This document shows, piece after piece, positions 52,177 to 64,000 of a DNA stretch of 64,000 nucleotides (its first letter is position 1; each line of letters begins with the position of its first letter). Below the pieces are notes generated by a model, which was given only the letters and a program-made list of their open reading frames with translations, searched no databases and had not been told where the DNA came from. The position numbers were made by a program, and so were the translations under genes. Source of the stretch: Octopus vulgaris (taxonomy: Eukaryota); NCBI GenBank assembly GCA_951406725.2, contig OX597840.1, positions 8,866,001 through 8,930,000 of the forward strand, read 5' to 3'.

Positions 52177-52217
<41 letters not shown>

Positions 52218-52750
52218 TACGATGGGCTTCTTTCAGTTCCCGTCTACCAAATCCACTCACAAGGCTTTGGTCAGCCTGAGGCTATAGCAGAAGACACTTG
52301 CCCAAGGTGCCACGCAGAGGGACTGAACCCGGAACCATGTGGTTGGTAAGCAAGCTACTTACCACACAGCCACTCCTGCACCTATATATATATATATAGA
52401 TAGATAGATATACATATATACGACAGGCTTCTTTCAGTTTCTGTCTACAAAATCCACTCACAAGGCTTTGGTCAGCCTGAGGCTATAGCAGAAGACACTT
52501 GCCCAAGGTGCCACGCAGAGGGACTGAACCCGGAACCATGTGGTTGGTAAGCAAGCTACTTACCACACAGCCACATACATATATACGACAGGCTTCTTTC
52601 AGTTTCTGTCTACAAAATCCACTCACAAGGCATTGGTCGGCCCGAGGCTATAGTAGAAGACACTTGCCCAAGGTGCCACGCAGTGGGACTGAACCCGGAA
52701 CCATGTGGTTGGTTAGCAAGCTACTTACCACACAGCCACTCCTGCGCCTA
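51945..52750 (-). mobile_element. Family A SINE with three tandem heads
   Basis: Three CTTACCACACAGCCAC head ends (about 52373, 52574 and 52739). Confidence 0.88.
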
Positions 52751-53150
52751 TTCTTGACTTTATATTAAAACATGGAGTGGTGTCGCTGATTGTAGTCTAG
52801 GGATCTGTCTGCGGATTCCGGTGGTTTCCAGATTTCGTATGGATTCACAAAAGAGCAAACTGGATTCAGATTCACACAAACATGTCATTACAAATGGAAT
52901 AAGGACACTATTCCTCCTCCTCATCGTTGTTTAACGTCCGCTTTCCATGCTAGCATGGGTTGGACGGTTTGACTGAGGACTGGCGAACCAGATGGCTGCA
53001 CCAGGCTCCAGTCTTGATCTGGCAGAGTTTCTACAGCCGGGTGCTCTTCCTGTCACCAACCTACATCTATTTCCAATCAAGGTAATATTTACCCATGGCC
53101 ATGCATGTTTTCACAGAATATTCAAAATGAATTACATGCATGCATGCATC

Positions 53151-53208
<58 letters not shown>

Positions 53209-53227
53209 CATATATCTGTAAAATAGG

Positions 53228-53610
53228 GGAGGCGCAATGGCCCAGTGGTTAGGGCAGCGGACTCGCGGTCGTAGGATCGCGGTTTCGATTCCCAGACCGG
53301 GCGTTGTGAGTGTTTATTGAGCGAAAACACCTAAAGCTCCACGAGGCTCCGGCAGGGGATGGTGGTGATCCCTGCTGTACTCTTTCACCACAACTTTCTC
53401 TCACTCTTTCTTCCTGTTTCTGTTGTACCTGTATTTCAAAGGGCCGGCCTTGTCACTCTCTGTGTCACGCTGAATATCCTCAAGAACTACGTTAAGGGTG
53501 CACGTGTCTGTGGAGTGCTCAGCCACTTACACGTTAATTTCACGAGCAGGCTGTTCCGAGAATTCGGATCAACCGGAACCCTCGTCGTCGTAACCGACGG
53601 AGTGCTTCCA
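53228..53610 (+). mobile_element. Family D tRNA-derived SINE with alternative tail X
   Basis: GGAGGCGCAATGGCCCAGTGGTTAGGGCAGCGGACTCGCGG...GGTTTCGATTCCC head; tail GGCCTTGTCAC...CTCAGCCACTT...GGATCAACCGGAAC. Confidence 0.85.
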
Positions 53611-53744
53611 TCCATCTGTAAAATAATAATAATATGTGACAATTATTCGGTAGCCAAGATAAGACTTTGAGTTTCAGATGCCGAGGTGGAAATCCACACC
53701 ACCATCTCTTCCATGCATTAAGTCGATTATATCTACCCCAGTAC

Positions 53745-53805
53745 GATAACCGAAGAGATGGTGGTGTGGACTTCCACCTCGGCATCCGAAACTCAAAGTC
53801 TTATC
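53745..53805 (+). ncRNA. Type I minimal hammerhead ribozyme-like motif inside a fold-back element (53615-53910)
   Basis: GATAA-CCGAAGA-GATG...CATCC-GAAA-CTCAAAG-TC-TTATC. 5-bp stem I, GUC triplet, U4C variant core. Confidence 0.6.
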
Positions 53806-54349
53806 TTGGCTACCGAATAATTGTCACATATTATCTTACAGATAAATTTCCTCTATTTACATAATACTGAGGTCTCTTTCTTTCTTTTGTTATCTTACCG
53901 TTTTTACCAATATATATATATATACATACATATAGAAATAATGATGCAAATAAACAAATGAAACTGCTTTGGTCAGGTATACATAATGTATCATCGTTTA
54001 ACGCCCGCTTTCCATGCTAGCATGGGTTGGACGGTTTGACTGAGGGCTGGCGAACCAGATCGCTGCACCAGGCTCCAGTCTTGATCTGGCAGAGTTTCTA
54101 CAGCTGGATGCCCTTCCTAACGCCAACCACTCCGAAAGTGTAGTGGGTGCTTTTACGTGCCACCAGTATGGGGGCCAGTCAGGCGGTACTGGCAATGACC
54201 TTGCTCGAATTTTTTTACACATGCCAACGGCACAGGTGCCAGTAAGGCGATGCTGGTAACGATCCCGCTCGAATGGTGCCTCCTAGATGCCACCGGCACG
54301 GAAGCCAGTTGGCCGCTCTGGCAACGATCATGCTCGGATGGTGCCCTTT

Positions 54350-54766
54350 GTTTCTTTACTACCCACAAGGGACAAAAACATAGAAGGGACAAACAAGGAC
54401 AGACAAACGGATTAAGTCGATTACATCGACTCCAGTGCGTAACTGGTACTTAATTTATCGACCCCGAAAGGATGAAAGGCAAAGTCGACCTCGGCGGAAT
54501 TTGAACTCAGAACGTAACGGCAGACGAAATACCTATTTCTTTACTACCCACAAGGGGCTAAACACAGAGGGGACAAACAAGGACAGACACACGGATTAAG
54601 TCGATTACATCGACTCCAGTGCGTAACTGGTACTTAATTTATCGACACCGAAAGGATGAAAGGCAAAGTCGACCTCGGCGGAATTTGAACTCAGAACGTA
54701 GCGGCAGACGAAATACGGCTACGCATTTCGCCCGGCGTGCTAACGGTTCTGCCAGCTCACCGCCTT
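54350..54766 (-). mobile_element. Family C SINE dimer inserted in a family B copy (53990-54800)
   Basis: TSD TCGGATGGTGC at 54334-54344 and 54767-54777. Confidence 0.88.
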
Positions 54767-55429
54767 TCGGATGGTGCTCTTAGCACCCTACTAGCACAGG
54801 GCTGGTCCATAATGTGATATGGGTTAAAATCTAAATATCTAGAAAAATAATTAAGCATTTGGTGAGGTTAATAGATTAATAAATTTACTATCGAAGAGTA
54901 ACTCGATTATTTTATATTTAGCCACAGTGTTGTTGTAAGTACATCGCCAGAGGGACTAATGCAAAACACAACTTCAACTAATTATGGTACGTCTGAGATG
55001 AATTTCTGTTAATTAAGACTAATTAATCACATCGTTAAACATGAAAGGACTGATTACAATATTTATTACATCGACACTGTTACAGTCATCAGCTGGTTTA
55101 TTCCTGGATGTCTGGAACTTTGTAAATATTGCAGGAATACAGCACTTGATAATGCCCAGAGACCAAACCAGCCGGAACAGCCTCGTTTTTCAGTTTACCT
55201 CCCTGTACTTGCAGGGGTCAGACACAGTTCTTTGAGGTCAGTTTTCTAAAACCAGAAGACCTTCTTGTCACCAACACTCAGCAGTTTCCAAGCAACATAA
55301 TATTTTTGCATAGCTACTGTGAACACAATTTAGGTTTACTTGATTTTGCATATGCTGACAGAGTTGTGAGAGAATTTGCTGTTAGTTGTCTTCAAGAACA
55401 GCCATAAGTTAAAATTTCTAATATCATTT

Positions 55430-57010
55430 CAGAGCGCCGCCCCGACTGGCCTCCGTGCCAGTGGCACGTAAAAGCACCATCCGTTCGTGTCCGCTGCCAG
55501 CCTCGCCTGGCCCCCGTGCCAGTGGCACATAGCACCATCCGTTCGTGTCCGCTGCCAGCCTCACTTGGCCCCCGTGCCGGTGGCATATAGCACCATCCGT
55601 TCGTGGCCGTTGCCAGCCTCGCCTGGCCCCCGTGCTGGTGGCACGTAAAAGCACCACCCGTTCGTGGCCGTTGCCAGCCTCGCCTGGCCCCCGTGCTGGT
55701 GGCACGTAAGAGCACCATCTGTTCGTGGCCGTTTGCCAGCTCCGTCTGGCACCTGTGCGGGTGGCACGTAAAAAGCACCCACTACACTCACGGAGTGGTT
55801 GGCGTTAGGAAGGGCATCCAGCCGTAGAAACACTGCCAGATCAGACTGGGCCTGATGCAGCCTTCTGGCTTCACAGACCCCAGATGAACCGTCCAACCCA
55901 TGCTAGCATGGAAAGCGGACGCTAAATGATGATGATGACGATGATGATGATGATGATATATGCCTTCATGGAAAATCAGAAAGAAATTCCATTGTTGCTT
56001 TGCAGGTGAAGCTCGCTTATAACTATCACACACATACAAGTGCTTTTTGTTTTTCATTTTTTTCTCTCCAAAATCCACAAAGAATTTGATCAGCCCGGGG
56101 CCTTAGTAAAAGACACTGGTCCAAAGTGCCATGCCATAGGATTGAACCCAAGGTCACAAGGTTGGGAAAAAAACTTAACCATAAATATATGCCTGGGTCT
56201 ATTGTAGATGTTAATGATTAATGAATCCATCCGAGCGTGATCGTTGCCAGAGCAGCCAACTGGCTCCCGTGCCAGTGGCACTTAAAGGGCACCATTCGAG
56301 CGTGATCGTTACCAGCGTCGCCTTACTGTTACTTGTGCCCATGCTAGTAGGGTGCCAAGAGCACCATCCGAGCGTGATCGTTGCCAGAGCAGCCAACTGG
56401 CTTCCATGCCAGTGGCATGTAAAAGGGCACCATTCGAGCCAAGAGCACCATCCGAGCGTGATCGTTGCCAGCGCGGGGCTAACTGGCTTCTATGCCAGTG
56501 GAACGTAAAAGAGCACCATTCGAGCCAAGAGCACCATCCGAGTGTGATCATTGCCATAGCAGCCAACTGGCTTCTGTGCCAATGGCACGTAAGAGGGCAC
56601 CATTCAAAGTGATCATTACCAAAGTCGTCTTACTGGCACCTGTGTTGGTGACATGTGTAAAAAGATTCAAGCGAGGTCGTTGCCAGTACTGCCTGACTGG
56701 CCCCCGTGCTGGTGGCACATAAAAGGGCACCATTCGAGCGTGATTGTTACTAAAGTCGCCTTACTGGCACCTGTGCTGGTGGCATGTGTAAAAGGATTCG
56801 AGCGAGGTCGTTGCCAGTACTGCCTGACTGGACCCCATGCCAGTGGCACTTAAAAAGCACCCACTACACTCTCGGAGTGGTTGGCGTTAGGAAGGGCATC
56901 CAGCTGTAGAAACTCTGCCAAATCAAGACTGGAGCCTGGTTCCCCAGCCCTCAGTCAAAATCGTCCAACCCATGCTAGCATGGAAAGCAGATGTTAAACG
57001 ATGATGATGA
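55430..57010 (+). mobile_element. Two family B LINE 3' ends (55430-55955 and 56228-57010) with expanded internal tandem repeats
   Basis: Multiple GCACCATCCG...GGTGGCACGTAAAA units, conserved core, (GAT)n tails. Confidence 0.85.
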
Positions 57011-57474
57011 AGGTACAACACATATCAGGTCCTACATACACTATATCTGTCTGAATAAAAGATGAGATGGTCACAGGTGGAACACATTTTATAAGAGATT
57101 TATTTCATTAGAACTGGCCTGGAGATAAACAGCAACACACTCCATCACACGAAGACATACGCACGATCCTAGATACACCATGCCTTCATAATACACGAGA
57201 TGGCCACAGCTTGTATCTCTCCCATCATAGATTCATCTGATCAAAGCCAAACAATAATACCACAATATCCCTCACCCCCAACACAGAAAGTTTACAAGTA
57301 TTTAGTTTGTGAAGGCTTAACGCTATTCTTTGAGATAGAACCAGCAGAAAAAATTCAAACCCCAAAATATTTTCTGTACAACCGAAGTTTGGTACACTGC
57401 TAGATGAACAGGCTTGTTGCAAACAGTAGAACAATCTTTCAACACTGCCATCTCTTTAATTCATGGAACCACCT

Positions 57475-58290
57475 TACTTTGTACTTGATTTGTGACGGCG
57501 TTCACCCAGGGTGGGTTGAGCCAGCTTCTTCTCTGGTCCTAACGGCGTCACGAACCATGGTGGCCCATGCTCAATGGTCCTGTGCGAGGTCACTGGAGAT
57601 AGCAAGCCATTCGCGACTCCATCTGCACAGACCGACCTGAGAGTTGCAAGTTTGTATTCGTATTTATTGCCATGGAAGTAGTGGGATTCATAGAAGAAGT
57701 TTCGTGGGAATATTGAATTCACAAGTGGTCCCCGACATTCCGCATAAATATCTCAAGTGACGGGACGCCCTGTTTGTCACAGACGCAGGGACAGAACGAC
57801 CTCAAAGCCGCTGGTTGCCAATCAGACGCCTCTTGGAATTTTAAACAGAGCCCCATTAACCAGGCTGCGGCCCTAATACCAATCGGTGCCAGACCAATCC
57901 GCCTTGAGTGGCCCTACCAGGAACCGAAGTTCCCGACGGCATAGCTCTGACACTGCCCGTTTACACCACCCTACCGCTTTGAGGAGGGGTTGGGAATATT
58001 GAATTCACAAGCGGTCCCCGACATCCAGCATACATATCCCGAGTTACGGGACGCCCTGTTTGCCGCGGAGTCTCCACAGACGTAGGGATAGAATGACCTC
58101 GAAGCCGCCGGTTGCCGATTAAACGCCTCTTGGAATTTTCACCAGAGCCCTGTTGCCCAGGCTGCGGCCCTAATACCGCTCGGTGCCAGACCAATCCGCC
58201 TTGGGTGGCCCTACCAGGAACCGAAGTTCCCGACGCATAGCTCTGACACTGCCCGTTTACACAACCCTACCGCTTTGAGGAGGGGTTGGA
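57475..58290 (-). mobile_element. Probable internally deleted RTE derivative (duplicated GC-rich 5' block joined to an ORF 3' end)
   Basis: Block of about 290 bp duplicated (57706-57992, 57992-58289) containing GTTCCTGGTAGGGCCAC(C/T)CAAGGC. Downstream reads WSREWLAISSDLAQDH*AWATMVRDAV...AGSTHPG*. Confidence 0.55.
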
Positions 58291-58614
58291 CTTTATAATT
58301 ACACTACTTGTATAATTCTTATATTGATGGGAAACATATAACATGACCGAGTTTAGAAGTGAGTCCCTAATTTGATTGGTCTCTCTCTCGCTTCAGCTCT
58401 GCAACCCTTGTGGAACTGACGTGACTGACTGGAAAAGTGAAGTGAATCTAACATGGAAGATTATATTAAATGAAATAAAAATGATATGGTGCGCCTGAGC
58501 AGTGGATACAATAAACTTGGACTGTGTGGTTGAGGTACTTGCTTGGCAACTATGTGGTTTTGGGTTCAGTCCTAACACACAGTACTTTGGGCAAATGTCT
58601 TCAACTATTACTAG

Positions 58615-58905
58615 AACACTTTCGGTTATGATGACAAATGTTCCAGTTGATCCGATCAATGGAACAACCTGCAAGTGGCTGAGTACTCCATAGACATCTA
58701 TACTCTAAATGTAGTTCTCGGGGAGATTCAGCGTGACAAAGAATGTGACAAGGCTGGCCCCTTTGAAATACAAGCACAATTCACTTTTTGCCAGCTGAGT
58801 GGACTGGAGGAATAAAGTGAAATAAAGTGTCTTGCTTAAGGACACAATGCATCTCCCAGAATTGAACACACAGCCTTTTGATTGTACGCTGAATACCTCT
58901 AACCA
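58615..58905 (-). mobile_element. Family E SINE with tail X
   Basis: GTGTCCTTAAGCAAGACACTTT...CCAGTCCACTCAGCTGGCAAAAA middle joined to the 53228-type tail. Confidence 0.75.
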
Positions 58906-59626
58906 CATACCTTCACTGCCTTCAACTATAGCTGCAAGCTAAACAATGCCTTGAGAGTGAATTTGGTAAACGGAAACTGCATGGAAGCTTGTCGTACGTG
59001 TATGTGTGTATGTATGTGCATGTTTGTTCCTCACCATCACTTAACAACCGGTGTTTGTTTGTTTATGTTCTTGTAACTTGGCAGTTTGGTAAAAGAAACC
59101 CTTAGAATGTGTACCAGACTTAGAAAACGACAAAAAAAAAAAAATAGTACTGGGGTTTGTCTGTTCAGGTAAAACTCTTCAAGGAGTTGCCCCAGCATGG
59201 TCACAGTTTAATGACTGAAACAAGTAAAAAAACTGTATGTATATATGTATGTATATCTGTGTGTCTGTGTTTGTCCCCCCAACATCGCTTGACAACCGAT
59301 GCTGATGTGTTTATGTCCCCGTTACTTAGCGGTTCAGCAAAAGAGAGGCCGATAGAATAAGTACTAGGCTTCCAAAGAATAAGTCCTGGGGTCGATTTGC
59401 TCGACTAAAAGGCGGTGCTCCAGCATGGCCGCAGTCAAATGACTGAAACAAGTAAAAGAGTAAAGAGATATACACACACAAATGTATGGAGCAATAGAAA
59501 TTCTGCCAAAGCTGACTTTGGTTTACTGATGCACTGGGTCCTGTTTCCCCCTTGAACCCATACCAGCAAGGAAAAGCAGAAGTAAAGCTGATGATGATGA
59601 TGATATATTTCAACACAAATACACAT

Positions 59627-60688
59627 ACTCTTTTACTCGTTTCAGTCATGTGACTGCGGCCATGCTGGAGCACCGCCTTTAGTTGAGCACATCGACCCCA
59701 GGACTTATTCTTTTGTAAGCCCAGTACTTATTCTATTGGTCTCTTTTGCCGAACCACTAAGTTACAGGGACATAAACACACCAGCATCAGTTGTCAAGCA
59801 ATGCTAGGGGGACAAACACAGACACACAAACATATACACACACATACATGTATATATACATATATACGAAGGGCTTCTTTCAGTTTCCGTCTACCAAATC
59901 CACTCACAAGGCTTTGGTCGGCCCGAGGCTATAGCAGAAGACACTTGGCCAAGGTACCACGCAGTGGGACTGAACCCGGAACCATGTGGTTGGTAAGCAA
60001 GCTACTTACCACACAGCCACTCACATATATACGACGGGCTTCTTTTCAGTTTCCGTCTACCAAATCCACTCACAAGGCTTTGGTCGGCCCGAGGCTATAG
60101 TAGAAGACACTTACCCAAGGTGCCACGCAGTGGGACTGAACCCGGAACCATGTGGTTGGTAAGCAAGCTACTTACCACACAGCCAGTCACATATATACGA
60201 CGGGCTTCTTCTCAGTTTCTGTCTACCAAATCCACTCACAAGGCTTTGGTCGGCCTGAGGCTATAGTAGAAGACACTTGCTCAAGGTGCCACGCAGTGGG
60301 ACTGAACCCGGAACCATGTGGTTGGTAAGCAAGCTACTTACCACACAGCCACTCACATATATACGACGGGCTTCTTTTCAGTTTCCGTCTACCAAATCCA
60401 CTCACAAGGCTTTGGTCGGCCCGAGGCTATAGTAGAAGACACTTGCTCAAGGTGCCACACAGTGGGACTAAACCCGGAACCATGTGGTTGGTAAGCAAGC
60501 TACTTACCACACAGCCACTCACGTATATACGACGGGCTTCTTTTCAGTTTCCGTCTACCAAATCCACTCACAAGGCTTTGGTCGGCCCGAGGTTATAGTA
60601 GAAGACACTTGCCCAAGGTTCCACACAGTGGGAATGAACCCGGAACCATGTGGTTGGTAAGCAAGCTACTTACCACACAGCCACTCCT
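59627..60688 (-). mobile_element. Family A SINE with five tandem heads of about 166 bp
   Basis: Five repeats of GGGCTTC..TCAGTTT..GTCTACC...CTTACCACACAGCCA. Confidence 0.92.
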
Positions 60689-61420
60689 GTGTGTATATAT
60701 ACACACACACACACATGCACTCCATAATGTGTGTGTCAGTGGCAACACCTTTCTATCTGCATCAGATTTGAGCACCTCTGCTCCCCGACTCTCGCCACTT
60801 AACATGGAAGAAGTGATAACTACCGACAGCCAACATGTGAGTAATTAATCGTTGCTTAACGAGCGAGTAAATAGTAAATCACTGCAAAACAGCTGGCTAC
60901 GTCTGAAAGACTGACCAATCACAATCACAACCGATCTCACGAGATTGCTTTCAGATGCGGAAGCGAGATACCAATCTATTCACTCTCCATTAGAACTTCT
61001 AATCTTGTTCTCATCAAAGCTTTAAAACTACCATTTTTAACATCGTCAATGGTACATTAAGAGAAACGGCAGAGGCGAATTGATTTTATAGGAGTGGCTG
61101 TGTGGTAAGTAGCTTGTTTACCAACCACATGGTTCCAGGTTCAGTCCCACTGCACGGCACTTTGAGCATGTCTTCTACTACAGTGATAGGCCAACCAAAG
61201 CTTTTAGACAGAAACTGAGAGAAGGCCATCGTGCATGTATGTATATATATATATATATTTGAGTAGTTGAATGAATTATCTTATTAAGGATAATTCGAAA
61301 GATAACCGATACCTGGGTAGCAAATTCACATCAGAAAGAACACGGTTGAAGCTACGTCCCTAGGGCATAGACTACGTGTCTTTGTGCGGAAATTTGTATG
61401 TTTATTTTAAAATATATATA

Positions 61421-61658
61421 TACCTATTTCTTTACTACCCACAAGGGGCTAAACACAGAGGCGACAAACAAGGAGAGACACACGGATTAAACCGATTACA
61501 TTGATCCCAGTGCATAACTGGTACTTATTTAATTGACCCCGAAAGGATGAAAGGCAAAGTCGACCTTGGCGGAATTTGAACTCAGAGCGTAACGGCAGAT
61601 GAAATACCGCTAAGCATTTCGCCCGGCGTGCTAACGATTATACCAACTCGCCACCTTA
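61421..61658 (-). mobile_element. Family C SINE
   Basis: Full-length match to the family. Confidence 0.88.
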
Positions 61659-61936
61659 TGTATATATATATATATATATTTCAACACAAATATATGTACT
61701 CTTTTACTTGTTTCAGTCATTTGACTACGGCCATGCTGGAGCACCGCCTTTAGTCGAGCACATCGACCCCAGGACTTATTCTTTGGAAGCCTAGTACTTA
61801 TTCTATCATATATACATACACAATGGGCTTTGTTTGGATTCTCTGCAGTCTGAGTTCAAATCCCACCATGATCAATTTGGCCCTTGATTCCTTTCAGGGT
61901 CACCATCTTACTGAAACTGAAAACTTTCTGACTTAC

Positions 61937-61942
61937 CACCAT
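61937..61942 (-). CDS. GPSM2: Candidate first coding exon of the GPSM gene (Met-Val); 5' UTR would extend to about 62100 or beyond
   Basis: Minus strand reads cttATG GTG|GTAAGT: consensus donor, phase 0, matching the phase-0 acceptor at 46808 to give MVLMEYSC. An in-frame TAA lies about 48 nt upstream. Unique sequence next to CT/CA tracts. No transcript evidence. Confidence 0.5.
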
Positions 61943-62101
61943 AAGATTTGCAATTGAGTTGAGAAGAAGAGTTTGGTGCAAAAGAGTTTGTTATTTGTTA
62001 TACAGTTGAGTAGCATCAAACGTTTCCGATTTCAGTTCTGGTCTTTCTCTGGTCTTGTTTTGTTCTTGTCTATTTATCAACCGACAGGATTACGAGTGAC
62101 T

Positions 62102-62135
<34 letters not shown>

Positions 62136-63747
62136 AGAAAGAGAGGGAGAGAGAGAGATATGCGGACATAGAGGCAGAGCAACTGATTGAGAGTAAGATA
62201 AACAATCAGACAGATGTTGCTACTCAACAAGTGTCTAACAAGTATGAGAGAGGAGGGAGAGAGAGGGGGGAGAGAGAGGGAAATACAGAGAAAGAAAGAG
62301 AGAGAGTGGGAGAGAGAGGGGAGAAAGAGAGAGAGAGAAGAGGGAGAAAGAGAGAGAGAGAGAAAGAAAGAGAGAGAGAAAGAGAGAGAGAGAAAGATAG
62401 AGAAAGAGAGAGAGAGAAAAAGAGAGAGAAAGAAAGAGAGAGAGGGAGAAAGAAAGAGAGAGAGAGAGAAAAAGAGAGAAAGAGAAAGAGAGTGAGAGAG
62501 AGAGAAAGAAAGAGAGAGAAATAGAGATAGAGAAAGAGAGAGGGAGAGAGAGAGAGAGCTGGGCCAGGTGGTTGATGTCTCAACATCCTGCTTGAACAAA
62601 GAGCTCTTTGATCCACAGCTCAACTCCTGACAATGTCTCAACAAAAAACATTCACTGCCCTCCCGCCACACTCTCCAAGTGATTCTGCACTAAAGACCAC
62701 AGGATATAAAACAACGCTTCTCAAGTTTCCCTTGTCATTCCACCCACCTTCTTTGTTGTTGGAAATATTTCTATGAAATGCAACACACACATATACCCTA
62801 GGCAGAGAGCTGGTATGATCCTAAGCTTGCTGGACAAAAAAGTTTTTATTGACCCTGAAATGAACTAAAGGCCAAATTGACCTTGGCGGGATTCGAACTC
62901 AGACTGCAGAGAATCCAAACGAATACTACAAGGCATTCACTTTGACTTCCTTAATGACCCTTTTACTTCAACACCATTTTATATTTCTTTTTTCTTTTTC
63001 TCTTTTACTTGTTTCAGTCATTTGACTGCGGCCATGCTGGAGCACCGCCTTTTAATCAAGCAACTCGACCCCGGGACTTATTCTTTGTAAGCCCAGTACT
63101 TATTCTATTGGTCTCTTCTGCCGAACCGCTAAGTGACGGGGACATAAACACACCAGCATCGGTTGTCAAGCAATGCTAGGGGGACAAACATATACACACA
63201 CACACATACATTTCCAGCATTTCTTCCAGTTCTTTACGTTCTGAGTTCAAATCCTACTGAGGTTGATTTTGCTTTACACCATTTCGGGGTCAATAAAAAA
63301 AAGGTGGAGAGAGGTGTCAATGTAACTGACCAACCACGTCCACCAGATTTCAGGCCTTGTGCCTGCTCAGTGGAGTTTGTCTTGCTAGTTGGTGACCCTG
63401 TTGGTGCTGGTATCACATAAAGGGCACTCAATCCACTTTTTAAAGAGGTTGATGATAGGAAGGACATCCAGGTGTAGAAACCAAGCCCAAAACAGACTAT
63501 GGGGCCTGGTGTGGTTTCCGGCCTTGCTAGTCCCTGTCAAACTGTCCAACCCATGCCAGCATGGAAAATGGACATTAAATGCTAATGATATGTGATGGCT
63601 ATTGATTCACAGACAATTATGATCACCACAGTCCAAAAAAATACCTGAGCAAAATTTGAGGCCCAATAAGGATGACACACCACCTCATAGGCCCTCTTCA
63701 CCTTATTAACATAATCCAGAGAAAGCAAGGGGAAGATATCAAGAGCC

Positions 63748-64000
63748 AGGAGTGGCTGTGTGGTAAGTAGCTTGTTTACCAACCACATGGTTCTGGTTTC
63801 AGTCCCACTGCGTGGCACCTTCGGCAAGTGTCTTCTACTATAGCCCCGGGCCGACCAAAGCTTTGTGAATGGATTTGGTAGACGGAAACTGAAAGAAGCC
63901 TGTCGTATATATGTATATGTATATATGTATGTGTGTGTGTGTGTGTGTGTATATGTTTGTCCCCCTAGCATTGCTTGACAACCGATGCTGGTGTGTTTAT
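63748..64000 (+). mobile_element. Family A SINE running off the window end
   Basis: AGGAGTGGCTGTGTGGTAAG head and the start of the tail. Confidence 0.9.

Noticed and set aside
53228-53300. Possible tRNA gene (Arg-like)
   Set aside because: No proper acceptor stem; continues into a SINE body and occurs as several diverged copies.
55430-55790. Regularly spaced repeats of about 60 bp resembling a CRISPR array
   Set aside because: The whole unit repeats (no unique spacers), it lies within a LINE 3' UTR, and there are no cas genes; the DNA is eukaryotic.
61333-61385. Nested hairpin AAAGAACACG...CTACGTCCC-TA-GGGCATAG...CGTGTCTTT
   Set aside because: Folds plausibly but matches no ribozyme core I can verify; single copy in the window.

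Overview
AT-rich, microsatellite-saturated animal DNA. The repeat content and the (TA)n/(CA)n/(GA)n/(AAT)n density suggest a cephalopod such as Octopus; this is inference, not proven. The only confident host coding sequence is one 224-nt minus-strand exon (46585-46808) encoding the first TPR region of a GPSM1/2 (Pins/LGN/AGS3) protein. A phase-compatible candidate first exon (Met-Val, GTAAGT donor) lies at about 61937. I did not find the next exon, so most of the window is probably intronic. The rest is a dense mosaic of mobile DNA: several tRNA-derived SINE families (A, C, D/E here), many 5'-truncated 3' ends of an RTE-group LINE (family B), RTE and R4/Dong LINE fragments, two decayed Tc1/mariner elements, Tc- and piggyBac-type MITEs, and a non-autonomous Helitron. 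The most interesting signals are: (1) three type I minimal hammerhead-ribozyme motifs in Penelope-like relics, two with a CCGANGA variant core and one on the GPSM sense strand about 100-170 nt after the exon donor; (2) a 121-bp target-site duplication around a SINE; (3) 2x2 modular shuffling of SINE middles and tails; (4) candidate internal first exons in phase with the GPSM intron; (5) a paired RFX X-box cluster. Almost all ORFs in the supplied track are microsatellite or SINE read-throughs. Coordinates were read by eye and may be off by a few bases.
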